Both the position numbers and the translations under genes were made by a program. Positions 38,579-47,215 of a stretch of 64,000 bases of DNA are shown in pieces (within the stretch, counting starts at the first letter, position 1; each line of letters opens with the position of its first letter). The DNA is taken from positions 15,279 to 79,278 of the IMG/VR virus record IMGVR_UViG_3300036795_000143; one strand, 5' to 3'. A model generated the notes under the pieces. That model was given only the letters and a program-made list of their open reading frames with translations. It did no database searches and was not told the origin of the DNA. This stretch comes from a virus.

Positions 38579-38917
38579 GTGGACGGTTATTTGATGATCA
38601 CTTTGGTGGTCAAAGCAGGCGATGATCCTGCCCGTGCGAGGTCGAACGCAATCGGACGGCTTAACGAGTGGGTGACTGATCGGACGCTAGGCGGTTTCAA
38701 TGGTGAGCCAAATCGTCCGGGTGCGCTTCTGCATTACTCAGTGCACGATGACACGGAAACGGCAGACGTCGCGGCGCAAGCGGCTGTAGTGGTTTCCGAT
38801 GGTATGCACGCGGCAGCGTGTAAAGCGTTCGATGACACGCTCGCATGGCTAGGGCCACAGTGTGACCGGTCCGCACTCCGTGCGGCTGTTAAGGCAGCTC
38901 TCAATTACAGCGCCTAG
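38579..38917 (+). CDS. Hypothetical protein
   Basis: Stop TAG begins repeat 5. Confidence 0.6.
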   Translation: MDGYLMITLVVKAGDDPARARSNAIGRLNEWVTDRTLGGFNGEPNRPGALLHYSVHDDTETADVAAQAAVVVSDGMHAAACKAFDDTLAWLGPQCDRSALRAAVKAALNYSA

Positions 38918-39001
38918 CGCGTTTCCTGCCGTCCAGCTGCCACGGCTGGATAGCGGGATGCCCGCTAGGGCAATCTATCTAGCCCTAAGGATGGCCACAT
39001 C

Positions 39002-39844
39002 ATGAGCGATTACAGCGCCGAAACGAGCGCACCAATCAGGAATAAAGCGGGTACGTTCCGTGTCCGTGTCGAATACGATCAGGATGGTACTGGTAACCCG
39101 CGTGACAATGATTGCAACACGGGCACCATGGTCCTATCTCACCGTGGCTATAACTTGCCGAGTGAAGGGGACGTCTCGTTCATCGATCAAATCGATAGGG
39201 CTATGGAGCGTGGCGGGCCGCTCCTAGCGGCACGGTATTTGCGGTATTTGACTTTGACCACAGCGGCTAACGCGGTAGTCCTCACCGTCTACGGGTACGA
39301 CCACGGGCAACTGAGGCTTAAGGCAGGCGAGCGTACAGGCAGCTTTGCCGATAAGTGGGATTCTGGTATCGCGGGTGTGATCTACGCGCTACGCGACGAT
39401 ATCGCTAAGGCTCACGAGGGCTATCCGATGCCTAGCGATGACGATATCGCCACCTGGCTTAAGAGTGAGGTCCAGGAGTACGACACGTGGGCTAACGGTG
39501 AAATGACCGGCTTTATCGTCGAGGTGCAGTGCGGTAAGTGCCAGGCATGGCGACACGTCGATTCATGTTGGGGCTTCTATAGCGTGAGCGACGCAATGGA
39601 GCAAGGCACCGACCAAATACCGGCTGATCTTAATGGTGTCGAACGCTGCGAGTGTGAGTGGAAGCTGCCGCACCCGTTGAGCGATGCGGCTAGGGCAGTC
39701 ATCGCGGCAATGTTTGGGGACGTTAATAGGTCCGGCGTTTCCGCACCGGATGCCGTATGGACCGAGATTCAGCAGGCTTTCCCGTTCGAGCTATTCGAGA
39801 ATAGGCCGGACGCAGTGACTTACGATCCAGAAGCGGGATGGTAA
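39002..39844 (+). CDS. Hypothetical phage/plasmid protein
   Basis: NPRD..N.GTM...HR.Y, YDHG, WDSG..G.IY, EV.EYD.W..GE..GF, DSCWGFY. Confidence 0.75.
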   Translation: MSDYSAETSAPIRNKAGTFRVRVEYDQDGTGNPRDNDCNTGTMVLSHRGYNLPSEGDVSFIDQIDRAMERGGPLLAARYLRYLTLTTAANAVVLTVYGYDHGQLRLKAGERTGSFADKWDSGIAGVIYALRDDIAKAHEGYPMPSDDDIATWLKSEVQEYDTWANGEMTGFIVEVQCGKCQAWRHVDSCWGFYSVSDAMEQGTDQIPADLNGVERCECEWKLPHPLSDAARAVIAAMFGDVNRSGVSAPDAVWTEIQQAFPFELFENRPDAVTYDPEAGW

Positions 39845-39848
39845 ACCA

Positions 39849-40250
39849 ATGATCACGATGGCGATAGACCTTAGTATGGGCGGTCCGGACGTCGATACCG
39901 TGCCGAGTGAGCTAGCTACGATCCTCCGTGAACTGGCTACGCGCGTGGAGCGTGGCGAGGCCAGCGGACCTATCCGCGACGTTAACCGGAAACGGATAGG
40001 AGCGTTTAGCGTTACCGCGCCGTTAGTGCCGTGCGTCTACTGCGGTAAGCCGGTCGACTATGACCCGCTTGATCCGACGGACGGAGACGTGACCGATAAG
40101 GATGGTTTACCGGATTGTTGGGATGCGCCTAGGCGCGAGTGCCAGGAATGCGGTAGCAATGGCGAGGATGACCCCGGATGCGGTGAGTGTAGCGATACCG
40201 GAAACTCATGGATGGGTCTTCACGCGGTAAGAGCACAAGATGAGTCGTAA
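39849..40250 (+). CDS. Hypothetical protein with C-terminal Cys motifs
   Basis: ELATILRELA......G.IRDVN...IG; stop TAA begins repeat 6. Confidence 0.65.
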   Translation: MITMAIDLSMGGPDVDTVPSELATILRELATRVERGEASGPIRDVNRKRIGAFSVTAPLVPCVYCGKPVDYDPLDPTDGDVTDKDGLPDCWDAPRRECQECGSNGEDDPGCGECSDTGNSWMGLHAVRAQDES

Positions 40251-40359
40251 GTGCGTTGTCCAGGCGCCCGACCACCCGACTAGGGGGGGCCGGGCGTTTG
40301 GCCTGCCCGCTTAGGGCAACTACCGCAGCACCGAACCCTAGCTAGGAAGGCTGGACACA

Positions 40360-40614
40360 ATGACCGGAAACGATGGCAATACCGAACGGGTGGAAGCTGC
40401 GCACGTCGCGCTTAGGGCGTTCGCTGGACACTGCGGGCCGGATGAATACGGCACCAATCTAGGCGACCCTGATGAGTTTCTCACCATTGCGGGTGACCTG
40501 ATCGCTAACCTCTTGCACGCTGCGGACGCGGTAGACGTTGACGCGGACACATTGCTAGGCCGCGCAATCTTGCACTACTCAGCGGAAAGCACCACGCCGT
40601 ACGACTTGCCCTAA
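40360..40614 (+). CDS. Hypothetical protein
   Basis: SD AGGAAGG; DLIANLLH.AD...A..HY.AE. Confidence 0.65.
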   Translation: MTGNDGNTERVEAAHVALRAFAGHCGPDEYGTNLGDPDEFLTIAGDLIANLLHAADAVDVDADTLLGRAILHYSAESTTPYDLP

Positions 40615-40804
40615 CCGCACCACCCGAACCACGGGAAATCTCGCGAGCGTTGATATGGACCAATTGCTAAGCCGCGCCATCCTTCACTATTCAGCGGAAA
40701 GCAACGACGTTCCCTAGGCGTTTCCTGACTGTCCAGCCGTGAGCTGGACAGTGCGGGATGCCCGCTAGGGCAGCGACTACCAACAGCCCTAGGGAGGGCA
40801 CACC

Positions 40805-41305
40805 ATGGCAAGGCAGGCCACGCGCCGTAGGCGCCGTGATAAGGGTGCGACCGCTGATGATATCCAGGTGGGCGACCTGATCGAACCGAACAACAACGGG
40901 TACCGCGCCACGGTTTATTGGCGTGGCACGTCAAAGAATTGCACCGAGCCTCACGTAGTGCTGCGTTGGACGTATCCGGATGATTTCAGCGTGAACGCGG
41001 CGCACCGGGGGCAGTCCAGCGGCCGAATTTGTCGGCCGGGTGATCCGGTCACGCGTTGGCTGGCACCAAACGAAACAACTAGCAAGGACGGCACGGTGAG
41101 CGGTCCGGCGGCTACCCGTGAGCAGGTACGTGAGCTGGCCGGGGCTATCGCGGCGCAGGCGCAGGCCATCGCGGACGGGACGCACACGGCCTCCGTGTTC
41201 GCCGCTGTCTGCCGCGTGTGGTCCAACGCTGAACTGTTGAAAGCTTGGACGCGTGACGATAGGCAGGATGGGCCTGCCGATCGGCGCGGCTTGCATGCGG
41301 TATAG
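40805..41305 (+). CDS. Hypothetical protein (possibly two fused small domains)
   Basis: SD GGGAGG after repeat 7. Confidence 0.55.
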   Translation: MARQATRRRRRDKGATADDIQVGDLIEPNNNGYRATVYWRGTSKNCTEPHVVLRWTYPDDFSVNAAHRGQSSGRICRPGDPVTRWLAPNETTSKDGTVSGPAATREQVRELAGAIAAQAQAIADGTHTASVFAAVCRVWSNAELLKAWTRDDRQDGPADRRGLHAV

Positions 41306-41699
41306 GCCGCTTGAGCTGCCCGGTGAGGCGACCGTGCCCGAGTTATCCCCGCAGCGCGCGCCGTGCCGCCGGTGCTGCGGGATTTGCCGCTATCGTGGGC
41401 CGTGCCTCCGTTCAGAACCGCCCCGTACTGCCCCGCCACGCGTGGGCAGCGCGGGGCGTTTTTGTCGTTTGTGGGTACCGCCGAACGGGTCGCGCCAGGC
41501 GGGTGGGCTGGGTTTGGGTACCGCCGAACGGGTGGTGCCTGTCCGTGCCTGCCTGGTCGCGGTGGGTCATGTCCGTTTCCGGAGGTTCGTCCGTTTGCAT
41601 GTGCGAATCGGACATCGGGGACGGACAGCGCAGAGGGGACGGAACGGCCAGCAGGGACGTAAGCGGCATACCGGTCAAACGGGACGAAGGGGGCAAAAG

Positions 41700-42056
41700 G
41701 TGCAAAAAGGATTCGATCTTGTTCGCGTCGGTGATCAAATCGGTTTGCCGGCAGAGCCGATGATCGGCACCGTACTAGTCGTTCGCGGTGGTCCGCACAA
41801 CGGGACCGCTGTGCGCCGCTGGGACGAACAGGGCTGGACTGTCGAGGACGGCACTGGGCGGCTGGTGTGGTTCGAAGTGTTCCGGCTGGCGTTGACCGCG
41901 CCGGACGTGGTGCTGGAGGTCACGCGAGTGCGGAAGCAGTGCGGGTGGCCGCTGTGCAGGAAGGGTGGCTGGCTGCCGGTTGACCCACCACCGGATCAGG
42001 TTTACTGCTCGGACGCGTGCAGGCAGGCCGCGTCTAGGGACCACCGGAAAAGCTAA
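41700..42056 (+). CDS. Protein with C-terminal CGNR-like zinc finger
   Basis: CGWPLC...YCSDACRQAASR; start position uncertain. Confidence 0.55.
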   Translation: MQKGFDLVRVGDQIGLPAEPMIGTVLVVRGGPHNGTAVRRWDEQGWTVEDGTGRLVWFEVFRLALTAPDVVLEVTRVRKQCGWPLCRKGGWLPVDPPPDQVYCSDACRQAASRDHRKS

Positions 42057-42180
42057 AGCATGCTTATTTGTTCTGGCAACAAAGCATGCTTATTTGTTTA
42101 GGCAGAAAAGCATGCTTGTGAGCCAGACCAAAGCATGCTTTTATTGTTTGCCCACCGCACAGGAAAGACTGGAGTCTGAT

Positions 42181-42372
42181 ATGCCTAACAGGAAAGTAGT
42201 AGTCGAATGGTCTGTGACGGACGTCACGGACTACCGGAGCACCGTTGAGATCGTCGGTGACGCGGCGCCCGAGGTCGCGGTGATCCCCCTGGTGCCCGAC
42301 CTCGAAACGGAGGACAACGAGGTCACGGTCACCTGCACAAACCGCGTGATCACAGCGGTCACGGTGGCGTAG
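42181..42372 (+). CDS. Small acidic beta-rich protein
   Basis: SD GGAG; MPNRKVVVEWSVTDV...; bracketed by the palindrome sites. Confidence 0.6.
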   Translation: MPNRKVVVEWSVTDVTDYRSTVEIVGDAAPEVAVIPLVPDLETEDNEVTVTCTNRVITAVTVA

Positions 42373-42678
42373 ACCAAAGCATGCTTTCCACTGGTACGGC
42401 GATGGTGCGCCAGTAAGCCAAACGCTTACGTAGGATCGGCGCGCACATAGTGATCTTGCCGTGCTCGACGACGAACCCAGCGCACAGGTAGCGGGTTGTC
42501 ACCCGGTACAGGCCGTCGGCTAGGGTTCCGCCGGTGGTGGTCACCTCACGCTGATCGGGGCGCGGGGGGCAGCGCATCCGGGTTGTTGAGGTATCGGGTG
42601 CGGGCAGAAGATGTCTCCATGGTCCAGGCTTCGATGTACAGTCCACCGGCTGTCCTCCCGGCCACCACCACGACGAAG

Positions 42679-42751
42679 TGCGGCGTAGCTCAGTGCAGAG
42701 CGCCGGTCAGCGGACCGGAGGACGCAGGTTCAACTCCTGCCGCCGCAGCCA
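42679..42751 (+). ncRNA. tRNA-like RNA with aberrant 6-nt anticodon loop and encoded CCA
   Basis: TGCGGCG/CGCCGCA acceptor; GCTC-AGTGCA-GAGC D arm (no GG); CCGGT-CAGCGG-ACCGG; GCAGG-TTCAACT-CCTGC; G-CCA. Confidence 0.8.
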
Positions 42752-42752
42752 C

Positions 42753-43088
42753 CTACCAGCGCCGTGAGGCCACCAGCGGTCGTGCCGCTGGGCCAGCGAT
42801 GAGACCCAGAGCGATTAGCGCGCGGATCCGGTTGGATTCCCTGGTGTTGCAGCCCCGGTGCGCCGGCACCAGGTTGGCGGGGTCATAGGGGTCGCCGCCT
42901 TGGGCCAGGCCGTGAATGTGGTGTGCGGTGCCAGCGAGCCGGTGGTTGTGCCGGGCTTGGGTGAACGCGTAGTCAATTGGTTTACCGCACAGGTAGCAGG
43001 GGGTGCGGTTGTATGCGCCGTCTGCCATGCACTGGGCTTGGGCTCGCCGCCAGCGTGATCCTTGTCGTCCTGGGCCTTTGCTGACCAC
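42753..43088 (-). CDS. HNH endonuclease (terminase-associated type)
   Basis: RW......CYLCGKPIDY...TAHH....GGDPYDPANLVPAHRGCN. Confidence 0.85.
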   Translation of the reverse strand: MVSKGPGRQGSRWRRAQAQCMADGAYNRTPCYLCGKPIDYAFTQARHNHRLAGTAHHIHGLAQGGDPYDPANLVPAHRGCNTRESNRIRALIALGLIAGPAARPLVASRRW

Positions 43089-43244
43089 GGCCTACCGCCT
43101 CGTCAAAGCATGCTTTATGTTCGCGGTGGTTTGTGTTGGCAATCGCACCACGTGTAACCCCGGCAGAGGTCGTGGGTGTCGGATTCACACGCGTCGCAGA
43201 CGAAGTTCAGGAAAAGCATGCTTTGTTTACTCTCCTGTAATAGG

Positions 43245-43281
43245 CGGCAGTGCCGTAGGCCAGTGGCTTACGGCACTGCCG
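43245..43281 (-). terminator. Strong hairpin, probable terminator
   Basis: CGGCAGTGCCGTAGGCC/GGCTTACGGCACTGCCG 17-bp stem. Confidence 0.55.
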
Positions 43282-43293
43282 AAAGCATGCTTA

Positions 43294-43497
43294 TTAGAAG
43301 ATGGGGCCGAGGGTGCCGAGGTGTCCGAGCTGGAGCACGGTGGCGCAGTTAGCGACGTTCACCGAGTGAGGCTGCGAACATGACCCGTAGTTGGGGTCGT
43401 TGTTGTGGTCGTCATCGGCCAGTGCGATACCGCCACCAGCGAGGGCCAATCCGGCAGTGACGGCCAGGACAGCGAGTGAAGCTGCAAGCTTACTCAT
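43294..43497 (-). CDS. Small secreted protein
   Basis: Signal peptide MSKLAASLAVLAVTAGLALAGGGIALA. Confidence 0.6.
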   Translation of the reverse strand: MSKLAASLAVLAVTAGLALAGGGIALADDDHNNDPNYGSCSQPHSVNVANCATVLQLGHLGTLGPIF

Positions 43498-44139
43498 GCG
43501 GTTAGGTCTCTCAATCGTGTCGGTAGTAGGACGAACGTCGCCGTAACGAGATGGTGCCTGGGTCAATCGGCGACGGCGGTACTAGGAGGTCGTCTTGACC
43601 GTCCTGCGCGGGCCACAGCCCGAGTACGTCGAGCAGGTAACGCAGGTCGTCAGCGTCTTGCGCGTAACGACTTATAGTGCGTCGGGCCCGGACTCGGTGT
43701 TGTTCTGTTAGCGGCGCGGCACGACTCCCCTTCTTCAGTGGAACAGCAGGAACGCGAGTCCCGCGAGGAATCCGGTGAGGATGGTGAGTACCAGGACGGC
43801 CACTAGGGCGACCCCGAACACCAGGGCAATCATCCGAGTCACGCATTCGTAGGGACTCACTGAACGGTGAACGACTGGCCCTCGACTGCGGTGTGTGGGG
43901 CGTCGTGGGGCTGGTCGAGTTCGTGGTTGCTGGACAGTTTTTGTCAGCTTGCAGGAAGGTAGCGTTCGGTTTTTCGTGGCGCAACTCGTTGTAGTCAAAG
44001 CATGCTTTCGCTAGTCGTGGTGATTGTTGCGTGGTGGTGGCTGGTTGACAGTGATTGACGGCGGCCGGTGAGTGGTGATGAATCAATCACTGGTTTTGTG
44101 CTTGACGGGGGCTGAGAATTAACTTCACAACCGGGCGGT

Positions 44140-44907
44140 TCAGGACGCTTTCCGGTGCCGGTAGCGGTCTTCGAGCGCGGTCAGAACGTCGCGGATGCGG
44201 TACAGCGGGGGATGTTGGTCGGGTGCTGGAGTCAGCCGACCTCGGATTGCGTATCCACGGATCATGCTAGAGGTACAGCGGACGCCGACGATTCGCAAGA
44301 ATCCGCTGATCTCGACGGCGGTTCCGAGGTGGTCACGGGCGACGTCGTTCATCCACGCTTGGCGCGCGGCGATGTCATGGCGGGCACCGCAGGCCGGGCA
44401 GATCGCGTATCGGTTCCACGGCAGGCCGTAGACCTCTTCGACGCAAACGCCGGTGGCGCACTGGCCGAGGAAGCACCGGCGGTCGTCGGGTCGATCGATC
44501 GCTCTACGGGCTTGGTGGATCGCGCTGGTGACCTCGTCGACGAGCTGGCCGGCGTCGGGGTGCATCCGGGCTGCCGCGATGTTGCGGACCAGCCAGCGGG
44601 CCAGCTGGGCGGTCGTGGGGGGCTTGTTGGCGTGGTCGGCCGAACCGCTCAGGGTGGTTGCCCACGCGTTGAGGGTGTGGTGCAGCACCCACGCGGTTTC
44701 CGCGATGTGGGTTTTGAACGGCAGCGGGCTTTCGTCACCGCTGGGGCCGTTCCCGTAGGGGCTGGTGAGCTGATCTTGCCGGGAGCGGGTGACGTCTAAG
44801 TCGTCTAGGAGGCTGGGGACGTCAGTGAGTTCGATGCGCAGCGCGACCGCGCAGGTACCGCAGAGCATCACGTCGGTGGCCGCGCCGCATTTGCAGCACG
44901 GGGTCAT
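44140..44907 (-). CDS. Zn-finger plus C-terminal HTH protein (putative late regulator)
   Basis: C..C...LC..C, FLGQC, CPACG, IRGYA.RGRL...PLYRIRDVL. Confidence 0.7.
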   Translation of the reverse strand: MTPCCKCGAATDVMLCGTCAVALRIELTDVPSLLDDLDVTRSRQDQLTSPYGNGPSGDESPLPFKTHIAETAWVLHHTLNAWATTLSGSADHANKPPTTAQLARWLVRNIAAARMHPDAGQLVDEVTSAIHQARRAIDRPDDRRCFLGQCATGVCVEEVYGLPWNRYAICPACGARHDIAARQAWMNDVARDHLGTAVEISGFLRIVGVRCTSSMIRGYAIRGRLTPAPDQHPPLYRIRDVLTALEDRYRHRKAS

Positions 44908-45182
44908 GTTCGCCGCCACTGCGGGCTCAGCGGCGGCGCCGGTAGGCGCGGGCTCCGCGAGATGGGCAGCGTTTCGAGATCAGCGCCAGCGGAGTACCAA
45001 CGCAGAATGGCCCATGCTGATTCGGCTGCGCGTTTCGCGTCAGGGTGCTGGTCTTGGGTGTCTTGCCAACACAGGACAACCCCACCGGGCGCTATGCAAT
45101 CTGTTGGGGGGTCGTCGATAACGCACCAGTCGGTGTCGGCGGTCGGTCCGCTGGCTACACGGTATTGGGGGCTGATGCTCAC
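44904..45182 (-). CDS. Hypothetical protein
   Basis: Coupled to the downstream gene. Confidence 0.5.
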   Translation of the reverse strand: MSISPQYRVASGPTADTDWCVIDDPPTDCIAPGGVVLCWQDTQDQHPDAKRAAESAWAILRWYSAGADLETLPISRSPRLPAPPLSPQWRRT

Positions 45183-45227
45183 TCTGGTGTGCGCATACCG
45201 CCAGAGTAGGGCCTAGGTCGTGAATAA

Positions 45228-45272
45228 CCTTCGACCCGCACCCCAGAATTAACGCGGGATGCGGGTCGAAGG
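45228..45272 (-). terminator. Hairpin downstream of lsr2
   Basis: CCTTCGACCCGCA/TGCGGGTCGAAGG stem. Confidence 0.6.
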
Positions 45273-45324
45273 GTGTTGCGGGTGCCTTCGCAGGCGGGGT
45301 GGTGACCAAGCAGCTTAATCCAAC

Positions 45325-45789
45325 TCAGCCACTGAACGCCGGCACGGGTACAGCAGCTTCCCAATCCGATTCGACGATTTCGGCTTCGACAACCACGTCC
45401 GGTGCCGGCGACGCGGCATCTTCGACCGCCGTCATGGCCTTGTCGTATGCCTTTTCCACGGCGTCTGGGATGCGGCCACGGCCACTGACCTCAATGTCGG
45501 GCTGGTTTTTGGCCCAGTCCCTGATCGCTTGGATACGTTCCTTCCGGGCGAGGGCCTTGGCCTTGTCGTCCTTGGTGTTGCTGCCCGAGCTGTTCGCGCT
45601 GGAGGTGGCGGCCTTCTTACGGGCTACCCTGATGAACCCGGCCAGCGAGTCACGGAGCTTGTCGGCGTTGTGGCCGGACAAGTCGATTTCGTAGTCGACA
45701 CCGTCGACCGAGAACTCGATAGGTTCCACGTCTTCGCTGTGATTTCCGGTCAGGTCATCGATCCGGTGGATGATTACCTTCTCTGCCAT
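45325..45789 (-). CDS. lsr2: Lsr2-like nucleoid-associated protein
   Basis: MAEKV....DDL.G, FSVDGVDYEIDLS..NA.KLR, IR.WA.....VS.RGRIP. Confidence 0.92.
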   Translation of the reverse strand: MAEKVIIHRIDDLTGNHSEDVEPIEFSVDGVDYEIDLSGHNADKLRDSLAGFIRVARKKAATSSANSSGSNTKDDKAKALARKERIQAIRDWAKNQPDIEVSGRGRIPDAVEKAYDKAMTAVEDAASPAPDVVVEAEIVESDWEAAVPVPAFSG

Positions 45790-45935
45790 GCTGCGCCCCC
45801 CTCTGGGGAAAGTTTTTGGAATACGTAGTAAAGCGGGTGCTGTATCCCGCTAGTTGGTCCCCCCCTAGCGAAACAGGGCGATGACGCCGAGCATGAACAC
45901 GGCGATGATCAAATCGTCGACAACGCTTGGCCAAC

Positions 45936-46715
45936 TCACGACGCTGCGGGATTCGGGGTGGGGTCGGTCATCGTGGTCCAGTGCTGGGGAACAACACGTC
46001 GCCGTTCGACCCACGCACCGGGTATGTGTTGCGCTAAAGCCAGCGCCTCAGGGAAGACCTTCACGTCGTTGACCAGGCAGGTAGGGCCGTCGTCGGGGTC
46101 GGTGGTGGTGAACACCGCGTATTCGAACCATTCGTCGGCGCCCATCGTGACGTCGACTGTGCACGCCGGGCCGGCGTCACACAGGTCCGTGTTCGTGTTC
46201 GTTTCGTTCGTTGTTTCGGTGGTCTCGGTCCAGGGTTCGTTGTGGGTTCCACGGAGCACGGTGATGTCGTCGTATCTGGCTAGTTCCTTTACCGCTTCCT
46301 CAGCGAGGTCGCAGGCGGCTTCGGTGGTCATCCACAGGGGGCACTGATTAGCGATGATGTCGGCGAGGAGGTCACCGTCGATGCGGTGTGCGCGTTCCGC
46401 CGCGTCGAGGCGCTCACCGAGGCCGTCACGGTGTCGGCGGGCGGTCAGGGTGGCGTCGCGCCAGTAGTTCCGTTCGCTGCGGAGTTCGTCAACCTCGCGG
46501 CGTAGCTGTTCGAGCTGCTCGTCTAGCGCTCGCCTGGCTTCGATCCGGGCTGGCCACCCACCCGAGATTTTGAACAGTTCCTGGGTCAGTCGGTCGCGTT
46601 CGTCGCGCAGCTGGTTGCGTTCCTTTCGGTAACGCCTCGCGGTTTTCGCCAGCGCCTTGGCCTGGCCCCGCCAGTGGTCCAGCTCGTCTGAGGTGTCGGT
46701 GTCCCAGCCGCTCAT
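45936..46715 (-). CDS. Coiled-coil hypothetical protein
   Basis: 259 aa with heptad pattern. Confidence 0.6.
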   Translation of the reverse strand: MSGWDTDTSDELDHWRGQAKALAKTARRYRKERNQLRDERDRLTQELFKISGGWPARIEARRALDEQLEQLRREVDELRSERNYWRDATLTARRHRDGLGERLDAAERAHRIDGDLLADIIANQCPLWMTTEAACDLAEEAVKELARYDDITVLRGTHNEPWTETTETTNETNTNTDLCDAGPACTVDVTMGADEWFEYAVFTTTDPDDGPTCLVNDVKVFPEALALAQHIPGAWVERRRVVPQHWTTMTDPTPNPAAS

Positions 46716-46959
46716 TTTGTGTCCCGTTCACGTGCGTGCAGGCTGACCAGGGTGACGATCAGCGCGATGAGCCAACCAACGGGCCACGCCAGAAGCGCCC
46801 ACTGACGGTGATCGCCGTCGGGTGCGATCATCGCGAGGATCCACGCGATCAGGGGCGCGCCGGGCAGCAGGAAGACCACCAACCAGCTTTCCGGTGGTGA
46901 CTTACTCGGTTTCGGTTTGGCCGGTAGGTCATCGGGTGGCCATTCGCGACCGTTGACTC

Positions 46960-47190
46960 TCACTTTTTGCCCTCCGCGTGGATCACGGCGAGCATCACAG
47001 CGCGGTTCTTCGCATCCCACAGCAGGTTCAGTGCGGTAGTCAGCAGCTGGTCATCGGGCAGCATCCCCACCAAGATTTCGGCCTGTGCGGCGAACAGCGA
47101 GGACACTGCCTGTAGGTGCTCGGGCAGGTGGTCGTAGCGGAACAAACGCATCGCGGCGATGGTGGCGGGGTGGCGTCCTGTCAGGTCCAT
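46960..47190 (-). CDS. Small phage protein
   Basis: F.YDHLPEHLQAVS..F...L..LWDAKN.AV. Confidence 0.65.
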   Translation of the reverse strand: MDLTGRHPATIAAMRLFRYDHLPEHLQAVSSLFAAQAEILVGMLPDDQLLTTALNLLWDAKNRAVMLAVIHAEGKK

Positions 47191-47215
47191 TTCGCTCCTT
47201 GATTGCAAAGCATGC

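Larger units (their letters stand above)
35321..40772 (+). repeat. Seven dispersed intergenic hairpin repeats of about 55-78 nt: CTAGCGCGTTTCC-(variable stem-loop)-GGGATGCCCGCTAGGGCA
   Basis: Copies at 35321-35382, 36042-36097, 37206-37263, 38464-38541 (left arm divergent), 38914-38972, 40248-40318 (divergent, compensated) and 40714-40772. Confidence 0.92.

Noticed and set aside
35321-40772. CRISPR array or classical integron
   Set aside because: The units between repeats are whole genes of 0.4-1.3 kb, not spacers. No cas or intI gene is in the window and the attC core consensus is absent.
42055-42140. Mini-CRISPR from four regularly spaced repeats
   Set aside because: The repeat is only 11-16 bp with 12-15 bp gaps, and further copies are dispersed. 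This fits operator sites better.
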